64,000 nt of DNA from Malacoraja senta (taxonomy: Eukaryota): positions 248,001 through 312,000 of the forward strand of contig CM075995.1 of the NCBI GenBank assembly GCA_038087875.1. Reading direction: 5' to 3'. Shown piece after piece: positions 1 through 12,619 of this stretch (within the stretch, counting starts at the first letter, position 1; each line of letters starts with the position of its first letter). Below the pieces are notes generated by a model. That model ran no database searches and was not told the DNA's origin. It saw only the letters and a list, made by a program, of their open reading frames with translations. The translations under genes and the position numbers were made by a program.

Positions 1-375
1 AATGATAGCTGATGTCTCAACCCCCATTCTCCTGTCTTCTCCCCAAAATATCTGCCACCCTTGTCACTGATATCTGCCAGCCATGTCAATAATATTTCAA
101 ATTTATGTAATTTTATTTAAATAACAAACTTATTCAACCAAATGTATTTATGCTTTAAATCACATTCGTATGGAACATGAGATCAGATTCTAGATCTAAA
201 TCACAGTGGAATAAGGCATGATTTTCACATCGTAGAATGCAATTTACGATTGTGTCTTAAGTAGTCCTCATTTCAAAACTGTGTTGTGTTTTTTTCCTGG
301 AAAAACATTGAAATCCTAAACTTGTCTGCAGAAGAGAAAGAAAGTTATGGCTGCATTTGCAAATGTTTCAACCAT

Positions 376-570
376 AAATCGAAGACAGACACAAAATGCT
401 GGAGTAACGCAGCGGGACAGGCAGCATCTCTGGAGAGAAGGAATGGGTGACGTTTCGGAAGGGTCCCGACCCGATTCCTTCTCTCCAGAGATGCCGCCTG
501 TCCCGCTGAGCCACTCCAGCATTTTGTGTCTATCTTCGAGTTTAAACCAGCATCTGCAGTTCTTCGGTAC
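376..570. repeat. Inverted pLTR hairpin (Penelope-derived)
   Basis: gacacaaaatgctggag...ctccagcattttgtgtc arms; similar at 8520-8725, 22350-22520, 31025-31250, 33757-33928 and 48575-48905. Confidence 0.8.
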
Positions 571-654
571 ACATTGTTTCAACCATAATGCTAGTGAAAG
601 GACCTTAATCCCACCACCAAGTATTATGAGGGTAAAAAAAAAGGCGAAACTTAC

Positions 655-768
655 GAACGTGTCCTCATTTTCGTTACTGTTTTCTACTGACATGCTGTTG
701 GCAGGGCTTCCTGTGGGCACCACACTGTGTACCAGCAGCATGTTTTTATCCTGAGGGGGAGACATGCT
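655..768 (-). CDS. KIF13A: KIF13A exon (114 nt, phase 0->0): SMSPPQDKNMLLVHSVVPTGSPANSMSVENSNENEDTF
   Basis: ccgttgcag|AGCATG...ACGTTC|gtaagt; resembles KIF13A SMPPPQ...SSMPVEHNS segment. Confidence 0.85.
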
Positions 769-2200
769 CTGCAACGGTCGAGACAGACAATGGCACAACA
801 TCACACCACAAATGACAGTTCATTAATCAGGCCACAAGCATGCAAGTTAGTTGATCAACAAACATCAATATTCTACACAAGCAACGGCGAATTGCATTTC
901 ATCAGCAAAAATAACTTGTGCATCTTCACCCGTATCAACGAGTCAGATCGATTTAAGAAAAAAAAAACGGAAGCCTGTCATAATTAAAACAAAAGGTGCT
1001 GCAATTTGTTGCTCTTCATGCAAAACTGGCACATCTGCTTTGCACACCAGGGGGATGTTCATTCTCCACGCTATTCGAGACACTACTTGACATGCACATG
1101 GAGCTTTATTTTTTTTAGAATACGGACATGCACAGCTTTAGGTTGCAGCGAGTTTTAAATCTTCTCTGCAGAGCTTCATGCAGATTATTTAATTCAGTTA
1201 CCCGAACCCTACTCATATAAAAGGAACTTTGCACTGAGCCTAAATGGTATATGCTATTCAGCAGCACCAATGTTGATTGCCACCATGAACTCTTCCATGA
1301 TGCAATATTAATTTGATTAAAGGGGTTACTATAGTTTTAGGAAAGCAATCCATCAGGCCTGTTCCCCCCCTCCCCTTATTTCCCCATATCCCTTCAAATG
1401 ATTCTCTCTCATACATGCCCATCAACTCCCCTTTGATTCATTACCATGTAGTTACATGAGGGACAATGTACAACAGCCAATTAAGCTACTAGCAAGTGTT
1501 TGTTTAGTTTTGTTTAGTTTACCGCCGACCAGCGATCCCCGTACACTCGCACTATCCTACACACTAGGGGCAATTTCCAATTTTTACCGAAGCCAATTAA
1601 CCTACAGGCCTGCACGTCTTTGGAGTGTGGGAGGAGCCGGAGAAATCCCACGCAGGTTACAGGGAGAACGTACAAACTCCATAGAGACAGCGCCCCCGTG
1701 CCTCTGGCGCTGTAAGGCAGCAACTCTACCGCTGCCGTGGGGCAGAACTGGAGCATTTTTCAGAATCTACATGGTCACGGGAAGAGTATGCAAGCTCACC
1801 TAAATAGCACCCAAGATCAGGATCCAGTCTGGGCCATTAGACTCGTGACGCCGCAGCACTTACAACTGGGCCGCTGTGCTGCCCCACGATCATTATCAAG
1901 TTAAAAAACTCCCAACCAGCCGCTGAAATCCAGGTTGCTAAGCATATTTCTTTTAGAGGTACCAGTAAATATTTGGAAAACATTGCATGACGGAGGATGA
2001 AAAATCTCCACAAAGTAAATGTCCCACTTAGGAGATCTAAACAGCAACCTCATTTCTCTCATTGGTGGCGCAGCAGTAGAATCGCTGCCTCACAGCGGCA
2101 GAGACAAGTCACTCGGTCACAGGAAGAACATACAAACCCCGTACAGACAGCACTGGGAGTCGGGATCGAACCCGGGTCTCCAACGCTGCAACCATGGTAA

Positions 2201-2595
2201 AGCCCCTGTCCCACTTAGGAGACCCAAACAGCAACCTCCGGTGACCTTGCCCGCCCGCCACCCAAGGTTTCCATGAGGTCACCGGAGGTTTTGGTCACTC
2301 TCCCTAATGGTCGAAAGTGGTTTCCGCGTGGTCGAGGCTTCATCTAGGTTGCTGCTATTTTTTCATCATGATTAAAACCGGCCTCGACTAAAAATAGGTT
2401 GCCGTTTTAAAAATCGATAATTTTTTAGTCGCAGGTCTAGTCGAAGTCGGTTTTCTTCATAGTCGAGGAAGGTTTTCAACATACGCTTGGGAGGTGGTAG
2501 GAGGTTGCAGGTCACCTCGACCTTGATTTTTTTTTTGGGTGGCGGGCAAGGTCACCAGAGGTTGCTGTTTAGGTCTCCTAAGTGGGACAGGGGCT
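2201..2595. mobile_element. PIF/Harbinger-type MITE
   Basis: Long TIRs agcccctgtcccacttaggagac..., TAA target-site duplication at 2198-2200 and 2596-2598. Confidence 0.85.
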
Positions 2596-2859
2596 TAAGC
2601 TTTACTAATTTCCTTGCTGAGGTATTCATGGAAATGCATTCATCTAGTTTTTGAACTAATATAAATTGTTCATTGCTGCAAAGTTATTGAAATTGCCTGT
2701 ACCAAAGTGTTTTTCATGGGATCATCTATTCAATGTTGAAATGTTACTGTTTAATGACTTTATAATGTAATGTGGTTCTACATTGATATTCAAATATTCA
2801 TCTCACGATATCAAAAGGAAGCTAATAGTATAATGTAAAGGCACAACATGGTGATTTAC

Positions 2860-3008
2860 CTCATTGGCTAGAAGAGGTTTAGTCTCTAAGTGCTGCTTGC
2901 CTTTTCGTTCTTCCCGTACAGGCAAAAGTGACTTCAGAAATTTTGGTGGCTGAGCGGAAAATGCTTTAAGTGGACTACCCAATGAATGATGACCTTCTGC
3001 TGCAGTAC
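2860..3008 (-). CDS. KIF13A: KIF13A exon (149 nt, phase 1->0): (G)TAAEGHHSLGSPLKAFSAQPPKFLKSLLPVREERKGKQHLETKPLLANE
   Basis: ttcccctcgtag|GTACTG...AATGAG|gtaaat. Confidence 0.93.
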
Positions 3009-3465
3009 CTACGAGGGGAAGGAATAAAAGAAAATAACTTCATAAGTTATAGGAGCAGAATTAGGCCATTCGGCCCATCGAGTCCACTCAGTTTCAGTTT
3101 TAGTTTCTTGTCACGTGTACCGAGCCTTTGTTGCGTGCTAACCAGTCCGCGGAAAAGACAATACATGATTACAACCGATCTATTCGCGGCACAGATACAT
3201 GATAGACATGATAAGGGAATAACGTTTAGTGCAAGGTAAAGCCAGTAAAGTCCGATCAAATATATTCCTCGATGAGGTAGACAGTAATTCAGGACTGCTC
3301 TCTGGTTGTGGTAGGCTGGTTGATGGCTGATCAATCTTTCCCTCTCAACTCAATTTTCCTGCCTTCTCCCCATAACCCCTGACACCCGTACTAATCAAAA
3401 ATCTGTCAATCTCCGCCTTCAAAATACCTATTGACGTCATCCACGGCCTTCTGTGGCAATGAATT

Positions 3466-3718
3466 CCACAGATTCACCACCCTCTGACTAAAGGCCACAG
3501 ATTCACCACCCTCTGACCAAAGACCACAGATTCACCACCCTCTGACCGAAGACCACAGATTCACCACCCTCTGACCGAAGACCACAGATTCACCACCCTC
3601 TGACCGAAGACCACAGATTCACCACCCTCTGACTAAAGACCACAGATTCACCATCCTCTGACTAAAGACCACAGATTCACCATCCTCTGACTAAAGACCA
3701 CAGATTCACCACCCTCTA
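3466..3718. repeat. 29-bp tandem repeat (ccacagattcaccaccctctgacyraaga)n, about 8.7 copies, derived from CR1
   Basis: Unit is the reverse complement of the CR1 segment encoding F.QRVVNLW. Confidence 0.95.
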
Positions 3719-3989
3719 CTTCCACAGAACAATAAACAATAATAATTCTTGATTGGTATCACACAAATAAAACAAACATCAAAATGAAGCTCAGTAAAAA
3801 GGAAGGAATTTACTTTCAAGTAAATAGAGCTAATTTGGGATATCAGAGTGCTAGTGAGAAATGATCTTCCCTTCCAACTCATCAGGTAATATCGTGCACG
3901 TGGAATGGTTGCGATGGGGAAGGCAGAGGGGAAGGGTAAGAGACAGGCAATGAAATGGGAGAAGAAAGATAAAAGGAGGGGAAAAGTGG

Positions 3990-4475
3990 AGTAAGAAAGA
4001 ACTGCAGATGCTGGTAAAATCGAAGGTAGACACAAAATGACAGCGGGTGAGGCAGCATCTCTGGGGAGAAGGAATGGGTGACGTTTTGGGTCGAGACCCT
4101 TCTTCAGACTGATGTGAGGTGAGGGGGCGGGACAAAGATAGAATGTAGGTGGAGGCAGTAGGATTGGTGGGAGAACTGGGAAGGGGGAGGGGATGGAGAG
4201 GGAAAGCAATGGCTGCCTGAAGTTAGAGAAGTCAACGTACATACCGCTGGGATGTAAACTACCCAGGCGAAATATGAGGTGCTGTTCCTCCAATTTGCGC
4301 TGGGACTCACTCTGACAATGGAGGAGGCCCAGGACAGAAAGGTCAGATTGGGAATGGGAGGGGGAGTTGAAGTACTGAGCAACCGGGAGATCAGGTAGGT
4401 TACGACGGATTGAGCGGAGGTGTTCAGTGAAACGATCGCCGAACCTGCGCTAGGTCTCGCCGATGTAGAGAAGAG
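3990..4475 (-). mobile_element. Penelope-like element 3' end (GIY-YIG endonuclease C-terminus plus pLTR)
   Basis: YIGET..RFGDRFTEHLRS..PVAQYFN..LEEQHLIFRLGSLHPSGM; related pieces at 19310-19675, 22055-22520, 24040-24425 and 30495-30915. Confidence 0.85.
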
Positions 4476-6000
4476 TGGAGTGTTGCGTTTGGTTGACAGG
4501 GTTTGAGCGTTTGGAATTGTGGAGAAGTGCAGTGGAGTAACGTGAAAACAAATGTGGAGGCACAGCTTCAATGGAAACTTACAGACCAGAAAGTACTGGA
4601 GTCATCAATCAATGCCATCACGTGAAAAATTTTCTTTCGACTTTAGAGATACAGCGCATAAACAGGCCCATCGGACGACTGAGACCAGCAGTCACCCCGT
4701 ACACTGGCACTATCCTACACACACGAGGAACAATTTACAATTTTACCGAAGCCAATTAACCTACAAACCTGTACGTCTTTGGAGTGTGGGAGGAAACCCA
4801 CAGGGGGAACGTACAAACTCCGTACAGACAGCACCCGTAGTCAGGATCGAACCCGGGTCTCAGGCGCCGTAAGGCAGCAACTAGACCAATTCAAATGAGC
4901 TCCATAAAATAACCATAGTCATCTATCAGCCGATCGAGTCCATCAAACACTCATTTAGACAACTGATTTACTGTCCCCATGTTCCCATCAACATCTCCCA
5001 ACCTACACACCGAGGGCATTATACACTAGCCAAAAAAACCCCACCAACCCTGCACTTCTCTGGGATGTGGGAAGAAACCAGAGCCCCTCGGGGGAAACCA
5101 ATATGGTGACAGTGGATATTTATAAAGCAGAGACAGATAGATTCTTGATTAGTACAGGTGTCAGAGATTATGGGGAGAAGGCAGGAGAATGGAGTTAGCA
5201 GGGAGAGATAGATCAGCCATGATTGAATGGTGGGGTAGACGATGGACCGAATGGCCTAATTCTACTCCTATTCCACATGACCTTATTACTGGCTCGTCGC
5301 CACGGATCTGGAACCCGCCCAGAAGACCCACCCACATTGAATGGCGGTGCTGGCTCGAAGGGTCGAATGCCCTACTCCTGCACCTATTGTCTATTGTCTA
5401 TTGACCTGGTGGGCCGCTCGGCAGATCGCAGATAGATCCGACGGGCCGCGGTCTGTAGAGGGAAAGGAGCAGAACCCAGTCCCTGCTGGACCCCAACGAC
5501 AGTCAGGAGGAGCAAGGGCCGGTAGGAAAGTGAACGGGGGTCTTAACGTCCGCGCCTTCAAGGTCGGCTGCGGGAGGCGACCTTGGAGCTGGGTGAGGAG
5601 ATGAACGTCGGAACGCTGAACGATCCAGGGGATCGCCTGGATCGGGCGCTGCTCCCTGGGATCTAGTGCGCTGATTGGACTTTTGGAAATGGCGCCAAAT
5701 CTGGTGATTCTAAAAGGAAATTCGCTGTGTTTTGCACATTTGACAGTAAAGCACCATTGAACTATTGAAGAACATGCAAACTCCACACAGACAGCGCTGG
5801 AGGCTCATGTCGAACCTGGGTTGCTTGCGCTGTGAGCTAACGGATCAATGGAGTGAAGCCATCAGGAGTATTTATAAATAGGTGAGTCCAGGTAGTAAAA
5901 GGCGAGAATGAAATTTCAGCAGCAAATGAGTTGAGGTGGACCAAAGTTGAAGCAATGTAACTAAGGTGATGGTGATGTGCGATTTTTAACCAAGACCACG

Positions 6001-6305
6001 TGGGGCGGTACGGTGGAGCAATGGTAGAGTTGCTGCCTCACAGCGCCAAAGACCCTGGTTCGATCCTCACCACGGGTGCTGTCTGTACGGAGTTTGTACC
6101 TTCTCTCCGTGACCTTGCAGGTTTTCTCCGGGTGCTCTGGTTTCCGCACACATTCCAAAGACGTGTGAGTTTGTAGGATAATTGGATTCGATGAATAATG
6201 TAACGTCCCTATGATGTAGGATAGTGCTAGTGTACAGGGTGGTTGGCGCGGACTCAGTGGGCCAAAGGACCTGTTTCCGCACTGTATCGCAAAACTAAAC
6301 TAAAA
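6001..6305 (+). mobile_element. tRNA-derived V-SINE (HE1-like), full length
   Basis: A-box-like GGTGGAGCAATGG, B box GGTTCGATCC, V-domain ggagtttgtac..ttctctccgtg, CR1-like 3' tail and (AAACT)n. Confidence 0.88.
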
Positions 6306-6404
6306 ACAAGCACATTTTCGTCATTCATATGCATCAACAAGGCCACATGTCTGTCCTTTTAACGAATGATAACTTGGATTTAATTTGTTGACAAATATAG
6401 TTAC

Positions 6405-6516
6405 CTCCAGTGTCTTTTGTCCTACGCGGTGAATCTTTTAGTAAGGTATTATACCAGGAACCGTCCTGCGAGTTGCACGAGCAATCCAAAATATCTTGAT
6501 GACTTTCTGAACGACC
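6405..6516 (-). CDS. KIF13A: KIF13A exon (112 nt, phase 0->1): GRSESHQDILDCSCNSQDGSWYNTLLKDSPRRTKDTG
   Basis: gattctag|GGTCGT...CTGGAG|gtaact; DSPRR motif as in KIF13A. Confidence 0.88.
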
Positions 6517-6587
6517 CTAGAATCATTAGGAGGAAATATAGTGTTCACAGCATCAGTTGGTCATTTACATTCAGTTTGTGTGTCACA

Positions 6588-6895
6588 AGGGGTGGCGCGG
6601 TGGCGCAGCGGTGGAGTTGCGGCCTTACAGCGCCAGGGACCCGGGTTCGATCCTGACCACGGGGTGCTGTCTGCACGGAGTTTGTACGTTCTCCCCGTGA
6701 CCTGCGTGGGTTTTCTCCGGGATTTCCGGTTTCCTCCCACACTCCAAAGACGTGCAGGTTTGTAGGTTAACTGGCTTGGTATAATTGTAAATTGTCCCTA
6801 GTTTGTGTAGGATAGTGTTAGTGTGCGGGGTTCGCTGGTTGGCACGGACTCGGTGGGCCGAAGGGCTCAGCTGTATCTCTAAACTAAACTAAATA
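6588..6895 (+). mobile_element. V-SINE (HE1-like), full length
   Basis: TGGCGCAGCGG A box, GGTTCGATCC B box; other plus-strand copies at 37055-37365, 42283-42600, 63180-63470 and 14900-15130 (5' truncated). Confidence 0.9.
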
Positions 6896-9153
6896 TCCAG
6901 GACAATATTATCGTGTGCTGATTCATATGTGTGGAGTGCATGAAAACACACCAAAGTGTCTATTTCTCAAATACAGAAATTGTATAAAATGCCATTTGGG
7001 GCACATTTTGTTTAGTTTATTGTCACATGTACCGAGGTACAGTGAAAAGCTTTTGTTGCATGCTAAGCAGTCAGCGGAAAGCCAATACATGATTACAATC
7101 ATGTCATCAACAATGTACAGATAAATGATAAAGGAAATAACATGATTCAAGTTTGGGTGATATAAAGTCCAGTAAAGTCTGATTAAAGGCAGTCAAAGAG
7201 TCATTGCCAAAAACATGGGTTAAAACTTAGCCTGATGAGAAAATAATTAATTGCTATTTGGGATTATTGGCCTGTTTGTTAACATGGCAGGCAGTTTGTT
7301 GAGACTTTTTGAAGTATTTTTTTACACTGAATGCTACCTAGCTGGCAATCTGACTCAGAGTAGATAGTTCAGGCATCACTATTGGGACAAATATATTTAA
7401 TGATCTAAATTGAGAATAATATTTTACAAAATAAATGGAAAATAACAAAAAATACAAAACCAGTTAATTTGACCATCTGTGCCTTCATGACTCTGGGCAA
7501 AGCTAAAAGTTCTGTTTTTCATTTACTTTTTTCATACTTTTAATGTTTTTTTCCATAAGGGTGTGAGGGGTTATGGGGTGAAGGCAGGAGAATGGGGTTG
7601 AGAGAAAGATAGATCCAGCCATGATTGAATGGCGGAGCAGACTTGATGGGCCGAATGGCCTTATTCTGCCAGTTTTGGAATGAATTATTGAAAAGTCATG
7701 AGCTGGTGGTGAAAATTTGAGGGAAGAATGTTGTAATAATGGGTTCATGTTAATTTTATTTCTGACTTACATTTCAGTTTGTTGCAGTGACAATCACAAA
7801 CTCAAGGAATAAAACTCAGGAGGTTGTGAATATATTAAACTACAAGATTGAAACATGACCTGCACAATACCATGTACAGATAAACAAATTGCATCCTTTA
7901 TCCTCTTGGTGTTAACTTTGTATTAGCAGCAAATGTAATGTTCAAAGATCAAAAAGCGGGTCAGTCTCTAATATCCTACAATGCTTCAACCACTGCTGTA
8001 TCTCAAAGACATTTTTATCTTCACTGTCTTTATCAAATCATTCCAGATAACCAATGCATCACAGGATAATGCTGGCAAGAGTGCTGTAATGCTGGTCAGA
8101 GTGCTTGTGGCTAAAGGGATCAGGGGGTATGGAGAGAAGGCAGGTACGGGATACTGAGTTGGATGATCAGCCATGATCATATTGAATGGCGGTGCAGGCT
8201 CGAAGGGCCGAATGGCCTACTCCTGCACCTATTGTCTATGTTTCTATGTTTCTATGATCTGTAGAACCAAAGAGGACATCTTGGCCTTATCAAACATAAG
8301 GTTTAGCACTACGCGCCACCAACCCCAACTGTGGAGACATTGGTAGAATTGTCTCGTGTTGGACACTGATTTTTTTAAATTCTTGATCTTAAACCATGTA
8401 TTGTGCTTTTGTATGTAATTTATAGTGCTTTTTTGTATGCAGTTTATTCTATGTAATGCCTTGTCTTTTATCTGGACCTTGAGTCTGTAGTAAAAAGTAA
8501 GTAAGTAAATTAGTATAAAGCTGGAGCAGGTCAGCAGCATTTCTGGAGAAAAAGAGTAGGTGACGTTACAATCGAGACCCATCTTCAGACCAGTCTGAAG
8601 GAGTTTTCCAACCTGAATGTCACCTATTCCTTTTCTCCAGAGATTCTGCCTGACCTGCTGAGTTACTCCAGCATGTTGTGCTTAACTTCGGGGTAAACCA
8701 GCATCCGCAGTTCCTTCCAACACAATCAAAGCATCATGTCAGAAAATCCTTTCCAACAAAAAATCCTCATTGAAACTAATAGAAAAGGTTCTGGGAGCAG
8801 AAATTTCTATTGCTCACGCTAGTTATTTGATTTACAAGCCAGGCAAACCCCTGGAAATATTGCTCCCTTGTTCAAAGGTTGGACTCTACCAATGATCTCA
8901 GAGATGAACATCTGATGAGGACTAACATCTGTAAAGAGTATAGGTTGGGAATTGCAAATCAACATGATATGCTCTTCCATTCAGAGAGAATGGAAGAGAT
9001 ATTAACATCCATTGTACAAGGTGTTTTCAAAGCTGATTCTGTACAGAAAGTGCCACCATTCACCTGATATCAGCTGTTCAAGGAGATCGCCCTCACAATT
9101 CTAAATCCATTTATTATTCTTTAACAAAGTATCACAAATTATTGGTTACACAC

Positions 9154-9204
9154 CTTGTTTTCATCCTCCTCATATGCAGAGACATCTGTTCGACTATTGG
9201 ATAC
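9154..9204 (-). CDS. KIF13A: KIF13A exon (51 nt, phase 0->0): VSNSRTDVSAYEEDENK
   Basis: ttttctgcag|GTATCC...AACAAG|gtgtgt; resembles KIF13A VSSSRPDLSGFDEDDK. Confidence 0.88.
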
Positions 9205-9475
9205 CTGCAGAAAACAGAGGTAAAACAAAACAGATTCATCAGAGATTTTCACATGACTGTTTTGCTCCTTGACCGTGATGCACAAACAGCACACTTAAGC
9301 TATGGTTGTGAATCTTGAGACATTTTCATCAAACTTTTAACACTGTTACTCGCTACGGCAAGCAGGTTAAAAGCAAGTTCTCCAATAAACTTAGCAGGGA
9401 TGGATGCAAGAACAAAAGAAACAATGCAGTTTATGCAAGAAAGCCTTCAACTGAGCACGGAAGTATCACGGAAGC

Positions 9476-9960
9476 AAGGTTTATTCCCGGGATGGCGGGG
9501 CTGTCATATGCTGAGAGAATGGAGCGGCTGGGCTTGTACTATCTGGAATTTAGAAGGATGAGAGGATATCTTATTGAAACATATAAGATTGTTAAGGGTT
9601 TGGACACGCTAGAGACAGGAAACATGTTCCCGATGTTGGGGAAGTCCGGAACCAGGGGCCACAGTTTAAGAATAAGGGGTAAGCCATTTAGAACGGAGAC
9701 GAGGAAACACTTTTTCTCACAGAGAGTTGTGAGTCTGTGGAATTCTCTGCCTCAGAGGGCGGTGGAGGCCGGTTCTCTGGATACTTTCAAGAGAGAGCTA
9801 GATAGGACTCTTAAAGATAGCGGAGTCAGGGGATATGGGGAGAAGGCAGGAACGGGGTACTGATTGGGGATGATCAGCCATGATCACATTGAATGCCGGT
9901 GCTGGCTCGAAGGGCCGAATGGCCAACTCCTGCACCAATTGTCTATTGTCTATTGTCTAT
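9476..9960 (+). mobile_element. CR1-clade LINE (HER1-like) 3' end, subfamily A
   Basis: RT C-terminus RRMRG.LIETYK..RTRGHSLRI..FFSQRVVSLWNSLP..GYGEKAGTGY, 3'UTR, and (ATTGTCT)n tail. Confidence 0.9.
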
Positions 9961-11189
9961 TATCTCCCAATAAGGCATTCCAAAAAGCTTTGGTACAACT
10001 TATATGTTTGAATACTGTTTTGTTTAGTTTATTATTGTCACATGTACCAAGGTACAGTGAAAAACTTATTGTTGCGTGCTATCCAGTCAATGAAAAGTCG
10101 ATACCTGATAACAATCAAGCCATCCACAGTGTACAGAAAGTGCAAGAAAAAGTCCATTAAAGATAATCCAAAGGTCTCCTATGAGGTAGATGGGAGGTCA
10201 GGACAGCACTCTGGCTGGTGGGAGGGCAGTTCAGTTACTTGATATTAGCTGGGGAGACACTGTCCCTGAATGTGGAGACATGCATTTTTAAACCTCTGTA
10301 CCTCTTGCCTGATGGGAGAAGAGGGAATGACCAGGGCGAGACTGGTCCTTGATTATGCTGTTCATACTGTAGAAGTCACCTCAGCATATGTACCTGCAGT
10401 CTTCAGTGATACAAAATCCTAATTGAACACTCAACAAGCTGATAGTGTAATAATTTCCCTGAAAAATTATAATCTACCTATTTCTCTCTTGAGAAGTAAG
10501 TCTGAAGGGAAAGGGAATGTGAAACAGGAAATGCAGAAGTGGACTTTATACAATGGGAATCAACAGCGGAACTTTATCAAGGACCAAACCATCCATTTCC
10601 ATTGCCCTGCATCTCTAACTACTTGTATATCTCCTAAATGTATCCCTTTTAAGGTCATGTGATGGCAGTAGAATTAGGCCATTCGGCCCATCAGGTCTAC
10701 TCTGCCATTCAATCATGGCTGATCTATCTCTCACTCCAAACCCCATTCTCCTGCCTTCTCCCCATAACCTCTGACGCCTGTATTAATCAAATGTTTTGTG
10801 TTGCCTTCATTGTTAAATAATGCCATGTCATTATTCAAAGCAGTGATTAAAATACAAAAAGGTCCACTGCAAATGGCAGCAAGTCATCAAGTCACTACAC
10901 AAGCCACATTAGTTTGCAAAATTAGAAGCCATTAAACTCTGTCCATCAATCTTCTGACTGCTTTGTGCTATCTCTTGGTTGCTGATCACGTCCACGGCTG
11001 TGATACACATGCATCCATGCATGCATGCTGATGCCTGGTGCTGCATTTCATACCTTTCAAAACAACACCTCCAGACCAAGGTTTGCAGAAGGTCCACAAA
11101 GCCAGGTGACTTTTACTTCCAGTTGACCTCTGTTTTCATTTTCTTCACTGTTGTGAAATGATTCAGCTGCAACTGGATCACTGTTAGTA

Positions 11190-12510
11190 AGTTTAGTTTA
11201 TTGTCACGTGCACCGAGGTTCAGTGAGGAGCCTTCTTGTTGCGTGCTATCCAGTCAGCGGAAAGACTATACATGATTACAATCAAGCTGTCCAGTGTACA
11301 GATGCAGGTTAATGGGAAGAATGTTCAGCGCAAGATAAAGTCCAATAAAGTCCGATTAAAGATAGACCGAGGGTCTCCAATGAGGTAGATAATAGGTCAG
11401 GACCGCTCTCTAGTTGGTGATAGGATGGTTAATTTGCCTAGTAACAGCTGGGAAGAAACTATCGCTGAATCAGGAGGTGTGCGTTTTCACACTTCAGTAC
11501 CGATTTGGGGAGAAGAGGGAGTGTCCGGGGTGAGACACGCCCTTGATTTTGCTGGTGGCCTTGCTGAGGCAGCGTGAAGTGTAGATGAGTTAATGGAAGC
11601 GAGGTTGATTTTCGCGATTGTCTGGGCTGCTGCGTCCGCAATTCTCCGCAATTTTGTGTGATCTTGGATGGAGTTGTTCCAAAACCGTGCTGTGATGCAT
11701 TCCAATAAAATGCTGTCTATAACACATCTGTAGAAGTTGGTGAGAGTTGTCGGGGACATGCCAAATTTCCTAAACTTTCTCAGGATGTAGAGGTGTTCTT
11801 TCTTGGCCATTACTTCTCTATGGCGGGTCCTGTACAGGTTTCTGTTGATATTTACTCCTAGGAACTTGAATCTTTCAACCATCTCTACTTTCGCTCCGCC
11901 AATGTGTACCTGGGTATGAGTACCGTTTCACTTCCTGAAGTCAATCATAGTCTCCTTTGTCTTGCTGACATTGTAGGGAAGGTTGTTGCCTTGGCACCAG
12001 GTTACAAGGTTCTCAATCTCCTTCCTGTACCCCGTCTCATCATTATTTTATATATCCGGCCCACGACGGTGGTGTCGTTTGCGAATTTGTACATCGAGTT
12101 GGATTTGTATTTGACTGCACAGTCACGGGGGTACAAGGAGTAAGGAAGGCTGTTGAGAATGCATCCATTTTGGGGCACCAGTGTTGAGGATTATCGTAGA
12201 GGATGATTTTTTCACCTATCCTCACTGATTGGGGCCTGTTGGTCAGGAAATCGAGAATCCAGTTGCAGAGAAGATTGCTGACTCATCGTGCAATGAGTTT
12301 GGAGATGAGCTTGGATGGGATAATGGCATTGAAAGCAGAACTGCAGTCAATGAATAGAAATCTGACCGAATTAGAAATCTGAATAGAAATCTGTCTCTTA
12401 CATCCGGGTATTCCAGGGATGAGCGTTGGCCCAGGGAGATGGTATCGTCCGTGGACTTGTTGTGGCGGTAGGCGAGCTGCAATGGGTCAAGTTTGCTTGG
12501 TAGACTGGAG
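11190..12510 (-). mobile_element. Rex1/Babar-clade LINE, decayed RT and 3'UTR
   Basis: LDPLQLAYRHNKSTDDTISL, VERFKFLGVNI, FGMSPTTLTNFYRCVIDSIL. Its 3'UTR recurs at ~3090-3325, 7008-7200, 10018-10360, 17275-17670, 40430-40670, 50090-50830, 55637-56020 and 59953-60085. Confidence 0.8.
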
Positions 12511-12619
12511 ATGAGAGGATATATTAGGTTGGAGATGAGAGGATATATTTTCCTATCAAGTGAAGGGTGACTGAAACATTCTGGAGTTATCTGTTGCTTA
12601 GGTAATAGGGGGATATCAT

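Noticed and set aside
3466..3718. CRISPR-like regular array
   Set aside because: No unique spacers; contiguous CR1-derived tandem repeat in a vertebrate genome.
6588..6660. tRNA gene
   Set aside because: A/B boxes belong to the tRNA-derived head of a multi-copy SINE; no complete cloverleaf.
9315..9863. 182-aa ORF (and 58561..59097, 3706..4293) as host genes
   Set aside because: They are 3' fragments of CR1 RT or Penelope endonuclease fused by chance to flanking sequence.
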